Source: Candidatus Calditenuis fumarioli
GTDB lineage: Archaea > Thermoproteota > Nitrososphaeria_A > Caldarchaeales > Calditenuaceae
Length of the DNA: 64,000 nt
Assembly (NCBI GenBank): GCA_030059665.1
Contig: JANVYR010000001.1
Location: 608,001-672,000, forward strand
Reading direction: 5' to 3'
In this document: piece after piece, positions 1-8,722 of the stretch
Position numbering within the stretch: position 1 is the first letter of the stretch
Layout: every line of letters starts with the position of its first letter
Position numbers and translations under genes: made by a program
Notes under the pieces: model-generated
The model's database searches: none
What the model saw: the letters and a program-made list of their open reading frames with translations, nothing else
What the model was told of the DNA's origin: nothing

Positions 1-473
1 AGCTCAACTCGGTCCTGGGCGTCTGCAGGTCCATCCTTAGGGAGAGACATCCAGACCTGGACGAGGAGCTGAGGAGGGTTCAGGAGGCGCTCTTCCGGAT
101 GGGCGCGGAGCTGGCCTCCGAGGAGCCTGCGAAGCTCGGCATCAGGAGGATAGACGCCGATGACGTCGCGTCGCTCGAGAGGGCCCTCGAGAGGCTCGGG
201 TCCGAGGTGGAGGAGCTGAGGCACTTCGTTTACCCGTCCGGCACGCTCGCCGGCTCAATGCTCCACCTGGCGAGGGCCGTCGCGAGGAGGGCCGAGAGGT
301 CTGTGGTCTTCCTCTCGGATCAGGAGGGCCTGAACCCGGAGATCATACGGTACCTGAACAGGCTCTCGACCCTGCTCTTCCAGATGGCACGGGCGGTGAA
401 CGCGAGGGAGGGGTCGTCGGAGGACCGGTGGCTGGGTAGGTGGGGTGAAGGTGGAAGGACCGATCAGGGTTAG
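1..473 (+). CDS. PduO-type cob(I)alamin adenosyltransferase (5'-truncated by window edge)
   Basis: Frame is open upstream of the tracked ATG (LNSVLGVCRS...VQEALFRMGAELAS). Motifs FVYPSG, LHLARAVARRAER and YLNRLSTLLF are typical of PduO. Confidence 0.9.
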   Translation, partial: LNSVLGVCRSILRERHPDLDEELRRVQEALFRMGAELASEEPAKLGIRRIDADDVASLERALERLGSEVEELRHFVYPSGTLAGSMLHLARAVARRAERSVVFLSDQEGLNPEIIRYLNRLSTLLFQMARAVNAREGSSEDRWLGRWGEGGRTDQG

Positions 474-1105
474 GGGGGAACGCTCCTCCGCCGGGAGGTC
501 CTGTTGTGGAGCAGCCGCCTTACCAGGAACTCGGAGACCGTCACCGCGTCCTTCCCGTCCAGGTATCGGACCGCGTGGGGAGAGAGCTTGACGCTCACCT
601 CAGCCCTCCTGAGGCCCGATTCGTCGGAGGGCCAGAGCTGGACCAGCGCGAGCAGCTTGGGAAAGAACTTGAAGCTGAAGGATATGCCGCCCAACCTCTC
701 CCTTCTACCTCCGGTAGCGAAGGCCGACTGGACGAAGAGCTCCGAGCGAGACCCGAATGCCTCCGATAGCGGCCGGAGGACCCGCCGGACGTACTCGCCG
801 TGGTAGGGCTGGACGTTTGCGAACCGCTCTATCCCCACCCATCCCTTTTCGAACTCGACGTGGACCTGGTTGATCAGGTACTTCGCCATCACGACCGAAA
901 GCTCCCTCTCGGCAGCCTCGTTCCTGACCACCTCCTCGGCGGTGCCGTCGTTCAGGTGGAAGCAGTACGTGAGGTCGAGCACGTTGATCAGGTACCTCGG
1001 GCCCTTCCCCTCCTTCGGCGGCAGGTACGCGACCTCGCACTTCCTGCTGACCTCCTTCGGGTCGAGGACCCTGAGGTGAGAGAGGAGCTCCTGAAGCGCG
1101 ATCAC
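470..1105 (-). CDS. DUF3786-like protein
   Basis: The segment RVLRPLSEAFG...GGISFSFKFFPKLLALVQLWPSDE resembles the DUF3786 family. Confidence 0.65.
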   Translation of the reverse strand: MIALQELLSHLRVLDPKEVSRKCEVAYLPPKEGKGPRYLINVLDLTYCFHLNDGTAEEVVRNEAAERELSVVMAKYLINQVHVEFEKGWVGIERFANVQPYHGEYVRRVLRPLSEAFGSRSELFVQSAFATGGRRERLGGISFSFKFFPKLLALVQLWPSDESGLRRAEVSVKLSPHAVRYLDGKDAVTVSEFLVRRLLHNRTSRRRSVPP

Positions 1106-1155
1106 GGAATCGAGACCCTCACTGAGGAGTTAAGCGTATTGCCGTCCCGTATTGT

Positions 1156-1590
1156 TCACGTCTTACCAAGAGCTTCCGACGGTGATACCACCTTGGTCCT
1201 GAACCTTCCCCTGTACTCCCTGCGCCAGGTCACGTACCTCGTCACGTCGTGGTTCGTCTCCAGAGCCCGCTCGATCAGGACCCCGAGGTAGTCGACGCCC
1301 CTGACGAGGTCAGGAAAGACCTCCTCGACGTGCTCCTCCCAGGAGCCAGGAGGTGGCGGGAAGAGCACCACGTGCTCCTCGCTCCTGAGGTATGCCAGAT
1401 AGATCTCCCTGCCGGCCCTCTCACCGACCGCCTCCGAGACCGCAGCGACCAGGTTCAGGAGGTCGAAGATCGTCACGGCCTTCAACAGGCCCCTCGTCAT
1501 CGAGATGTACTCCTCGTTGTCGGCGTACCTCGGGTCGTCCTCGAGCGCCAGGTGGTGGATCGTCAGGACGTCGTGTCCGATCGCGTCCAC
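1156..1590 (-). CDS. hypothetical protein (144 aa)
   Basis: GTG start with host-like codon usage, co-oriented with neighbours; no recognised motif. Confidence 0.6.
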   Translation of the reverse strand: MDAIGHDVLTIHHLALEDDPRYADNEEYISMTRGLLKAVTIFDLLNLVAAVSEAVGERAGREIYLAYLRSEEHVVLFPPPPGSWEEHVEEVFPDLVRGVDYLGVLIERALETNHDVTRYVTWRREYRGRFRTKVVSPSEALGKT

Positions 1591-1880
1591 CGCTCCACCA
1601 CCTCCTCCCTCCTCCTCGATGCCTTGAAGACCAGCTCTGTCGGCGATCCCGACCTGGGAAGCCTCCCGCCCAGATAGAGGGCCGTCGCTCTACCCTCGGG
1701 GCTCGTGCGTGAATACCGGAGGACGAGGTACCTCAGGGCGTCGTTCACAGCGTCGCTCCTGTTCTTGAAGAGGCCCTCCGCGCAGAGCTCATCGACCCTT
1801 CTGAGCAGCGCCGCGCTCACCCTCACCTGGAGCAGCACCGTGTCCGTCAACTCCCTGCAGCATTCAAAATGAAAGGCCAA
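1563..1880 (-). CDS. ribbon-helix-helix (CopG/Arc/MetJ) protein; true start probably internal
   Basis: LQVRVSAALLRRVDELCAEGLFKNRSDAVNDALR fits the archaeal RHH pattern. Confidence 0.7.
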   Translation of the reverse strand: MAFHFECCRELTDTVLLQVRVSAALLRRVDELCAEGLFKNRSDAVNDALRYLVLRYSRTSPEGRATALYLGGRLPRSGSPTELVFKASRRREEVVERWTRSDTTS

Positions 1881-1923
1881 TGATAAATTTTGATCGGACG
1901 GGTCGGAGGGTTCCGAACGCGCC

Positions 1924-3534
1924 TCAGCCGGCCGGTCGGACGCTCAGGTAGGGCTGGAGAACCCGCTCCAGGTACTCGGCCCCCAGGTCGTGGAGGTAAG
2001 GGCCGAGGCGGGGGCCGCTCTCCCGGTTCAGCAGGACCCTGTAGAAGGTCCTGAAGGTCACCACGGGGTCGACGCCCATGCTCCTCGAGACGTCGAAGAC
2101 CGCCGACTGGATCTCCTCGGGGCCAGCACCGGACTTGATGACCTCGAGGACCCTCGCCATCACCTCGGCCACCTTCGGGTCCACCTCCACCCTCGGAGCC
2201 GCAGCCTCCCTCTGGCCCAGGTCCCTCAGGTAGTTCACGGCGTAGTAGAGCCTCCTCCTGGCGTCCTCGTCGACGGCGTACCCGTAACGCTGGAGCCTCT
2301 GGAGGACGAACTCCTCGATCCTGTCCTGGGGGGCTATCTGGGCCAGCTGGAGGAGGAGTCTGTAGGGAACCCTCCGCTTCGGCCCATCGGGGACCCTCAG
2401 CAGGTGAGCGTACTCGTAGAGGCCTCGCAGCTTCGCCGTCTTGAGGTCGTTCGATTGTCGGTTGCGGAAGTAGAACTCCTCGAGCCTGTCGAGCTCCTCC
2501 ATCATCCTGGGTATCGCTGACGGCGTGACCTTCCTGGTCCTCGTGCCCCTCTTCAGAAGGAACAGCATCAGGCTCTGTGGCGATGCGTAGCGGTACCACA
2601 TCTGTGGTGTGAAGACGTTCCCCGTCGACTTGGAGATCTTCCTCCCCACCGCGTCGAGGAACATCTCGTACCTCACGTGGTATGGATGCGGGTGGCCGAG
2701 GATTTCGTCCGAGACCCAATCGTTCACCCTCACCGAGTCGGCGATGTCCTTCCCGTACGCCTCGAACCTGATGTCCAGGGCCGCCCACCTCGCCGCGAAC
2801 TCCACCTTCCAGGCGAGCTTGCCCTCGTCGGTCGAGACGTCGGCCTCACCCTCGTATCCGCACCCGGGATACCAACCCGACTTGAGCTGGACTCCCACGC
2901 ACCTGTACCTGACCTTGCCGCGGACCGGGTCGAAGTCGTAGGCCTCCGCGGTGTAGATGCGGCCGCATCCCTTGCATATGGGGAAGTAGGGCAGAACCCG
3001 GGTGAACTTCTCCTGACCGGTCATCTCCTTGATCCGCTCGCCGATCCGCGAGGCCTGGCTCAGGATCCTGCGGGCCTGCTCCGCCATCAGGCCTCTCCTG
3101 CAGGCCTCCCTCCCGGACCAGAAGACGTACTCGATGCCGGCCTCGTCCAGCGCGGACTTCAGCATCTCCTCCATCCGCTCCGCGAAGGACCTGTAGCTGC
3201 CGAAGGGGTCCTCGATGTGGCTGACCGGCCTCAGGAGCTCCTCCCTCAGCCTCTCAGGCATCCCCGCAGGCACCTTCCGGAGCCCGTCCAGGTCGTCGCA
3301 GAAGAGCACCATCTCGGAGTTGTACCCCATGTCCCTGAGGGCGAGGGTGACCGCGTAGGCCCTGACCGCGTCCGCCATGGAGCCGATGTGGGGTATCCCG
3401 CTCGCGCCGAAACCGCTCTCGGTCCTGATCAGGTCGAGCGACCTGCCCAGCTCCCTCTCGCGCCGGATCAGCCGGTGTGCCACCATGTCGATCCAAGTTC
3501 CCCTTCCTATCACCCGCTTGCCCTCTGCACCCAA
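1924..3534 (-). CDS. lysS: class I lysyl-tRNA synthetase
   Basis: HIGH-like SGIPHIGS, KMSKS-like KISKSTGN, zinc-binding CKGC and C-terminal GPRLG anticodon-binding domain. Confidence 0.97.
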   Translation of the reverse strand: MGAEGKRVIGRGTWIDMVAHRLIRRERELGRSLDLIRTESGFGASGIPHIGSMADAVRAYAVTLALRDMGYNSEMVLFCDDLDGLRKVPAGMPERLREELLRPVSHIEDPFGSYRSFAERMEEMLKSALDEAGIEYVFWSGREACRRGLMAEQARRILSQASRIGERIKEMTGQEKFTRVLPYFPICKGCGRIYTAEAYDFDPVRGKVRYRCVGVQLKSGWYPGCGYEGEADVSTDEGKLAWKVEFAARWAALDIRFEAYGKDIADSVRVNDWVSDEILGHPHPYHVRYEMFLDAVGRKISKSTGNVFTPQMWYRYASPQSLMLFLLKRGTRTRKVTPSAIPRMMEELDRLEEFYFRNRQSNDLKTAKLRGLYEYAHLLRVPDGPKRRVPYRLLLQLAQIAPQDRIEEFVLQRLQRYGYAVDEDARRRLYYAVNYLRDLGQREAAAPRVEVDPKVAEVMARVLEVIKSGAGPEEIQSAVFDVSRSMGVDPVVTFRTFYRVLLNRESGPRLGPYLHDLGAEYLERVLQPYLSVRPAG

Positions 3535-3727
3535 CCCTCCCTGCCACCCTCACGCGGCCCCAATAAACCGTCTTCCGAGGGCCGACGGAGTCCCTGGACC
3601 CGTGCATCCGGGCCGCGATCGCGGCCGCTCTGCAGCACAACCGTTCAACCGCGTATTACAACCAAAATACGTTCGTCCTCAACCCTGGGAACTCATAACT
3701 ATTGGATAGATTACAAAAGATGCTGAA

Positions 3728-3902
3728 GGCGGGCCGGCAGAGGTGGTCGCCGGGGTCCGGGGGAAGCCTCGGGCTCGGGTGCCCCGACCGGTACCAGGGC
3801 CCGAAAGGGTGCCGCAGCCGGAAGGGGTACGGGCGGCTGACGCTCACCGGCGGCAACTGGGAAGGTGGGCGTGAAGCGCCCGCGAACCGCCGAATGCCCG
3901 TC
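3728..3902 (+). ncRNA. candidate structured non-coding RNA, class unassigned
   Basis: Intergenic. Terminal helix GGCGGGC(3728-34)/GCCCGTC(3896-3902), inner stems GTACC/GGTAC, GGCCC-GAAA-GGGT and GGGCG-TGAAG-CGCCC; AT-rich stretch upstream. Confidence 0.4.
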
Positions 3903-3914
3903 TCCGTTCTCCCC

Positions 3915-6203
3915 TCAACCGAATTCCCTCACGAGCTCCCAGAGGTAGTTTGGCTTTGCGGGCGACCCGTCGATCCTCAGGGGCCAGAGCGCGTCCTCGA
4001 TCGCGTTCATCACCGCCTGCGCGAACCCTATCGTGGCCGCCTCCCCCACGCCCTTCGTCCCGAGGACGTTGGGTGCCGGCGTAACCGTCCTGTCCAGCTC
4101 GAACCTCGGAACCTCCGCCGCGGTCGGGACCAGGTAATCGGTCAGCGTCGCGGTCAGTGGCTGCCCCTCCCCGTCGTAGACCACCTCCTCGTGAAGGGCC
4201 TGGCCCAGCGCCTGCACAGCGCCTCCTATCAGCTGACCCTCGACCAGCATCGGGTTCACCACGTTGCCGCAGTCGTCCACCATCACCGCCTTCAGCACCC
4301 TGACCTGGTACGTCTCGGGATCGACCTCGACGACGACCGCGTGGGCGCCGAACGGGTACGTCAGCCTCGGCGAGTGGTGCGCTGAGGCCTCGAGTCCGGG
4401 CTCGATCTCCTCGGGCAGGGAATCCTCGTCGTGTGCCGCCGCGGCGACCTCCCTGAAACCGACGGATCTGTCCTCGTGGCCCCTCACGTGGAACCTCCCC
4501 CGCTCGAAGACGACGTCCTCGGGCCTCACCTCCAGGAGGTGCGCGGCCACCCTCACCATCTTCTCTTTGACCCTCTCGCACGCGGCGATGATCGCGGCCC
4601 CTCCCGACGTCAGCGTCCAGCTCCCCGCCGTTCCCCCTCCCTCGGGCGCGGTCTCCGTGTCGCCGTACAGAACCCTGACGTCGTCGAGCTCGATCCCGAA
4701 GAAGTCGGCCACCAGCTGGGCGAAGGCCGTCTGCTCTCCCTGGCCGTGGGGCATGGTGCTGGTGTAGACGGTCACCCTGCCGTCGCTCTCCACCTTCACG
4801 CGGGCCGACTGGGAAGCGAAGTTGCAGACCTCCACGTAGGCGGAGAGCCCTATCCCCACGAGCTTCCCCTCGGCCCTGGCCCTCTCCTTCAGGCCCCTCA
4901 TCTGCCGGTACCCGAGGAGGTCGAGGGCCCTTCTCAGCGCCGCGGCGTAGTCGCCCGAGTCGTAGGTGTGCCCCGTAACGGTCCTGTAGGGGAACTCGTC
5001 ACGTCCGATGAAGTTGCGGAGCCTCAGCTCAGCCGGGTCGATGCCGAGCTCCCTCGCGAGGCGTTCGACGGTCCGCTCGATGAGGTAGGATGCCTCCGGC
5101 CTTCCAGCCCCCCTGTAGGGCCCCGCGGGGACCTTGTTGGTGTAGACGCCCACCACCTCGCCCTCTATGCCCTTCAGCCTGTAGGCTCCCGGGAGCATGC
5201 TGAGGACGCTCAGGAACGGGGCCTTGGTGAGGCTGTAGAGGTAGGCGCCGACGTCGCCGAGGATCCTCGCTCTGATGCCGGTGAGCAGGCCGTCCCTCCT
5301 CGCGGCCACCTCGATCTCAGCGACCACGCCCCTGCCCTGAGTCGACGCGGTGAGCGACTCCGACCTCGTCTCGACCCACTTGATGGGCCTCCCGAGGAGC
5401 CTCGCGGCCGCTGGCACCGCCACGTCCTCCGGGTAGTGGGCGATCTTCGACCCGAAGGCCCCTCCGACGTCGTGGACCACGATTCTCAGGTCGCTGATCG
5501 GGATGCCGAGGGCCTCTGCAGTCCACCTCCTCAGGTCGTGAGGGAACTGGTGCGTCGCGTGGACCACCAGCCTCCCGGTTCCCGGCTCCGGAACCGCCAA
5601 CACTCCCCTCGTCTCCATGGGCACCGCCGCGAGGCGCTGGATCCTGAACCTGTACCGCTTGACGACCTCCGCCGCACCGAAGGCCCCTTCCGGGTCACCA
5701 CCGGTCCTCCTGTGGGTGAAGGCCACGTTGGTGCCAAGCTCCTCGTGGACCAGCGGAGCCCCCTCGCTCAGCGCCCGCTCCACGTCCGTGACCGGAGGCA
5801 GCCTCTCGTACTCGACCTCGACCATCTCAGCGGCGTCGTAGGCGACGTACCTGTCCTCCGCTATCACCATCGCCACCGGCTCCCCGTAGTACCTGACCTT
5901 CTTCGAAGCCAGCGGCCAGGCCCTCGGGACGTCGCTGCCCGCGTCCGTGCTAACGGGCCCCGCGTGCCTCGCCATCTCCTCCGCCGTGAGGACGGACACC
6001 ACTCCCCTCATCCTCTCGGCCCTACTCGCGTCGATCGACCTGATCCTCGCGTGGGCAACCCTGCTCCTGACGAAGGCCGCGTACAGCATGCCTGGAACCC
6101 TCAGGTCGTCGAGGAACGTCCCTGTGCCGGTCACGAACCGCCTGTCCTCAACCCTCGGAACGGGTCTGCCCACGTACCTGAGCGACGCGAACGGCCAGCT
6201 CAA
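3915..6203 (-). CDS. xanthine dehydrogenase-family molybdopterin-binding large subunit (CoxL/CutA-like)
   Basis: VGRPVPRVEDRRFVTGTG, GGAFGSK, active-site loop PYRGAGR, GQGEQT and KGVGEAA motifs. Confidence 0.93.
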   Translation of the reverse strand: MSWPFASLRYVGRPVPRVEDRRFVTGTGTFLDDLRVPGMLYAAFVRSRVAHARIRSIDASRAERMRGVVSVLTAEEMARHAGPVSTDAGSDVPRAWPLASKKVRYYGEPVAMVIAEDRYVAYDAAEMVEVEYERLPPVTDVERALSEGAPLVHEELGTNVAFTHRRTGGDPEGAFGAAEVVKRYRFRIQRLAAVPMETRGVLAVPEPGTGRLVVHATHQFPHDLRRWTAEALGIPISDLRIVVHDVGGAFGSKIAHYPEDVAVPAAARLLGRPIKWVETRSESLTASTQGRGVVAEIEVAARRDGLLTGIRARILGDVGAYLYSLTKAPFLSVLSMLPGAYRLKGIEGEVVGVYTNKVPAGPYRGAGRPEASYLIERTVERLARELGIDPAELRLRNFIGRDEFPYRTVTGHTYDSGDYAAALRRALDLLGYRQMRGLKERARAEGKLVGIGLSAYVEVCNFASQSARVKVESDGRVTVYTSTMPHGQGEQTAFAQLVADFFGIELDDVRVLYGDTETAPEGGGTAGSWTLTSGGAAIIAACERVKEKMVRVAAHLLEVRPEDVVFERGRFHVRGHEDRSVGFREVAAAAHDEDSLPEEIEPGLEASAHHSPRLTYPFGAHAVVVEVDPETYQVRVLKAVMVDDCGNVVNPMLVEGQLIGGAVQALGQALHEEVVYDGEGQPLTATLTDYLVPTAAEVPRFELDRTVTPAPNVLGTKGVGEAATIGFAQAVMNAIEDALWPLRIDGSPAKPNYLWELVREFG

Positions 6204-7015
6204 ACCCCATTACCTCGCACACACTGTTCCCGGATCGACTTGAACCTGTTCCTCGCCCTGCGGAGTTGTGAGGGCAGGGCGCCGCGCTCCAGGAGGTCCA
6301 GCGTCCGCTCGCACTCCCTCAGGAAGGCCCTCATCACCCTCATGGACGCCGCGGAACGCATCGGCTCATCCAGGTAGAAGGAGTCGGATTCGGAGAGCGC
6401 GATCTCGACGAGTCTCATCAGCGCTCCCATGCTGTTGGTGGGGAGGGGCTCAGCGGCCGACCTGGACAGGGCGAGGGCCGCGGCGAGGCCGATGAAGTGC
6501 GTGAGACCGACCGAGTAGCGGACGGAGGCGTCGTGCTCCCTCAGCCCCATCGTGATGACCCTCGTGCCGGGGAGGATCCGATCGATCACGCTCCTCTCCG
6601 CTTCCTCGTCACCGGGCTCGACGTGGACCGCCACCGTACCCTCCAGGTCCTTCGTCCTCGGACCGAAGAGGGGGTGGAGCATCACCACGGTCATCCCTTT
6701 CCGCCGGAGGCGCCTCACCTCCCCCGCGACAGGCCCCTTCAGCGCCGAGATCTCGACGACGAACCCGTACCTCTTCGGAAGGGAACCGAGCTCCCTCAGC
6801 GCTCCCCTCGCTGCCCTCGACGGTACCGCGACGATCACCCCATCGCCTCCGCCGGACTCCCGGAGATCCCCTATCGGCCTCCCTCCCACCTCGGACGCAA
6901 GCCTCTCTGCGGCGTTCCGGTCGACGTCGTAGAGCTCAAGGGAGTGCCCGAGGGAGCTGAGGTGCCGCGCGAACCACCCTCCCATCTGGCCGCAGCCGAC
7001 GACGAGGAGGCGCAA
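6200..7015 (-). CDS. tyrA: prephenate dehydrogenase (TyrA family)
   Basis: Rossmann motif VVGCGQMG, LHPLFGP and EHD motifs. Confidence 0.85.
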   Translation of the reverse strand: MRLLVVGCGQMGGWFARHLSSLGHSLELYDVDRNAAERLASEVGGRPIGDLRESGGGDGVIVAVPSRAARGALRELGSLPKRYGFVVEISALKGPVAGEVRRLRRKGMTVVMLHPLFGPRTKDLEGTVAVHVEPGDEEAERSVIDRILPGTRVITMGLREHDASVRYSVGLTHFIGLAAALALSRSAAEPLPTNSMGALMRLVEIALSESDSFYLDEPMRSAASMRVMRAFLRECERTLDLLERGALPSQLRRARNRFKSIREQCVRGNGV

Positions 7016-7030
7016 GGCCGCGTGGCCCGC

Positions 7031-7837
7031 TCACTCGATGTAGGAGACCCTGTCCCTCTCCTGCTCGTCGTACTCCTGCTCCAGCCCCCTCACCAGCTCC
7101 TTCAGGTCCTCGTCGCCCTCGACGAGCGAGTTGACCTTGCTGTCGAAGACCGCGGCGTCGACGTAGAGCCTCTCGAGGCTGAGGTTGATCTCGAGGACGG
7201 AGCTGAGCTTCTCGAGCACCGCCAGTACCACCCTCGGGTTCGGGATGTTCAGGTACGTGGGAACGTGACCCCAGAGCGAGAGCGCCTCCAGACCCTTCAG
7301 CGCGGAGTTGTAGATGATGTAGCTGTGCATGCTCGCGGGGCCCCTGTAGTTCGACGGGTTCATGCCGAGGGCCATGCACTTGGCGTAAAGCCTCCTGCTC
7401 GTGGTGAGGAAGGAGAGCTTCACCGGCCTGGTGTGCGGGGTCCGGTCGATGAGGCCGCCGATCGTGACGAGCGTCCTCGAGCCGAACGCGTCCATCAGCT
7501 CGAAGAGGGCCTTGACGAACTGGTCCCAGCCGTGGGAGAGCTCGTACCCCGAGAGCAGGATCAGGTCCGCGTCCTTCCTCATGGCGTAGTGTATCTCCCA
7601 CCCGGGCATCCTGATCTCCTTGATGAATCCCCCCTCGATGGTCACCACGGGCCTGTGCTGGGTGTGGTCGATCAGGTCGGAGGTCTCGATCCTCCCCAGC
7701 TCCATCGCTCCCTCAGCCTCCCTCAGGTACGCAAGGGAGAGGGTGGAGACGTTCCCGGCGTCTGCCCAGCCTCCGAAGCCCATCACGGTGATCGGGTTCC
7801 TCATCTCCGGAGTCTTGTACAGCACCAGCCTGCTCAA
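7031..7837 (-). CDS. proteasome assembly chaperone PAC2-family protein
   Basis: GFGGWADAGNV, LWGHVPTY and PNPRVV motifs. Confidence 0.9.
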   Translation of the reverse strand: MSRLVLYKTPEMRNPITVMGFGGWADAGNVSTLSLAYLREAEGAMELGRIETSDLIDHTQHRPVVTIEGGFIKEIRMPGWEIHYAMRKDADLILLSGYELSHGWDQFVKALFELMDAFGSRTLVTIGGLIDRTPHTRPVKLSFLTTSRRLYAKCMALGMNPSNYRGPASMHSYIIYNSALKGLEALSLWGHVPTYLNIPNPRVVLAVLEKLSSVLEINLSLERLYVDAAVFDSKVNSLVEGDEDLKELVRGLEQEYDEQERDRVSYIE

Positions 7838-7898
7838 CCCAGTGCTACCCCTTCACGTCCCTAATAGCTCTGCTACCTCGAAAGCTGGGGGAGAAGCC

Positions 7899-8630
7899 TC
7901 AATCCACCACGCCCGACATAGCCCTGTCGATCTCGTCGGCGTCCATCTTCTCGTACCTCTCGATCGAGCCGACGTCGAGCCAGAACTCCGTCACGGTGTA
8001 CGGCACCACGACGAACCCCCTCCTGATCATCTCCGGTATCAGGTCCCTCATCAGGTCGGACCTCGGCCCCAAACCCTCGAGCAGGGCCAGCCCCCTCCCG
8101 GAGAGCGTCAGGACGCCGATCGTCACCATCAGCGGCAGCCTCGGCTTCTCCACCAGCTCGACGACCCTCTCCCCCTCCACCCTCGCAACGCCCACGGGAA
8201 GCTCGTAGCCGCTCGAGAGGGCAAGGACCGAGTCGGCCGACCTCTCCCGGTGAAGGTCGACCATCCTCGAGACGTTCAGGTTCGTCAGTATGTCGCCGTA
8301 GTGGACCAGCACGTCCTCCTCCGGCGAGAGGGCTCCGATCCTGATCGCGTTGAGGAGAGATCCTCCGGTCCCCGAGTACTCCTCTGTGTCCTCAACGTAC
8401 GTGATGCTCCAGCCGAAGCGCTCTCCGGACCCGAAGTAGTTCCTGACCTGCTCGCCCCTGTACCCCACGAGCACCACGAAGTCCGTGATCCCGTGCCTCG
8501 CGATGTTCGCTAAGACGTAGTGGAGCAGCGGCAGCTGCCTCTTCCCGACCGGGACCATGCACTTCTGAAAGTAGTACGTCAGGGGCCTGAGGCGCTTCCC
8601 CTCACCGCCTGCGAGGATTACCGCCCTCAT
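7899..8630 (-). CDS. NDP-sugar pyrophosphorylase-family nucleotidyltransferase
   Basis: AVILAGGEGKRLRPLT, GTGGS, YGD and WLDVG motifs. Confidence 0.93.
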   Translation of the reverse strand: MRAVILAGGEGKRLRPLTYYFQKCMVPVGKRQLPLLHYVLANIARHGITDFVVLVGYRGEQVRNYFGSGERFGWSITYVEDTEEYSGTGGSLLNAIRIGALSPEEDVLVHYGDILTNLNVSRMVDLHRERSADSVLALSSGYELPVGVARVEGERVVELVEKPRLPLMVTIGVLTLSGRGLALLEGLGPRSDLMRDLIPEMIRRGFVVVPYTVTEFWLDVGSIERYEKMDADEIDRAMSGVVD

Positions 8631-8722
8631 CCCTTCCTCGAATGCGGTGTGCTCAGACCGAATTTAACCGTTGGAGAAAAGCTGTGAGAGTGAGGGTGAG
8701 GATTTGCGGAGGAGGTTTTGGG

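Noticed and set aside
3611-3626. Perfect 16-bp palindrome GGCCGCGATCGCGGCC upstream of lysS
   Set aside because: Single, very GC-rich copy in a high-GC genome with no supporting context.
3728-3902. Calling this region RNase P RNA, SRP RNA or a cobalamin riboswitch
   Set aside because: Only fragments match. The RNase P P4 consensus is absent, it is too short for archaeal SRP, and there is no downstream gene on that strand. Kept as an unassigned candidate.
3915-6203. Aerobic CO dehydrogenase annotation
   Set aside because: It lacks the form I AYxCSFR motif, and coxM, coxS and accessory genes are not adjacent.
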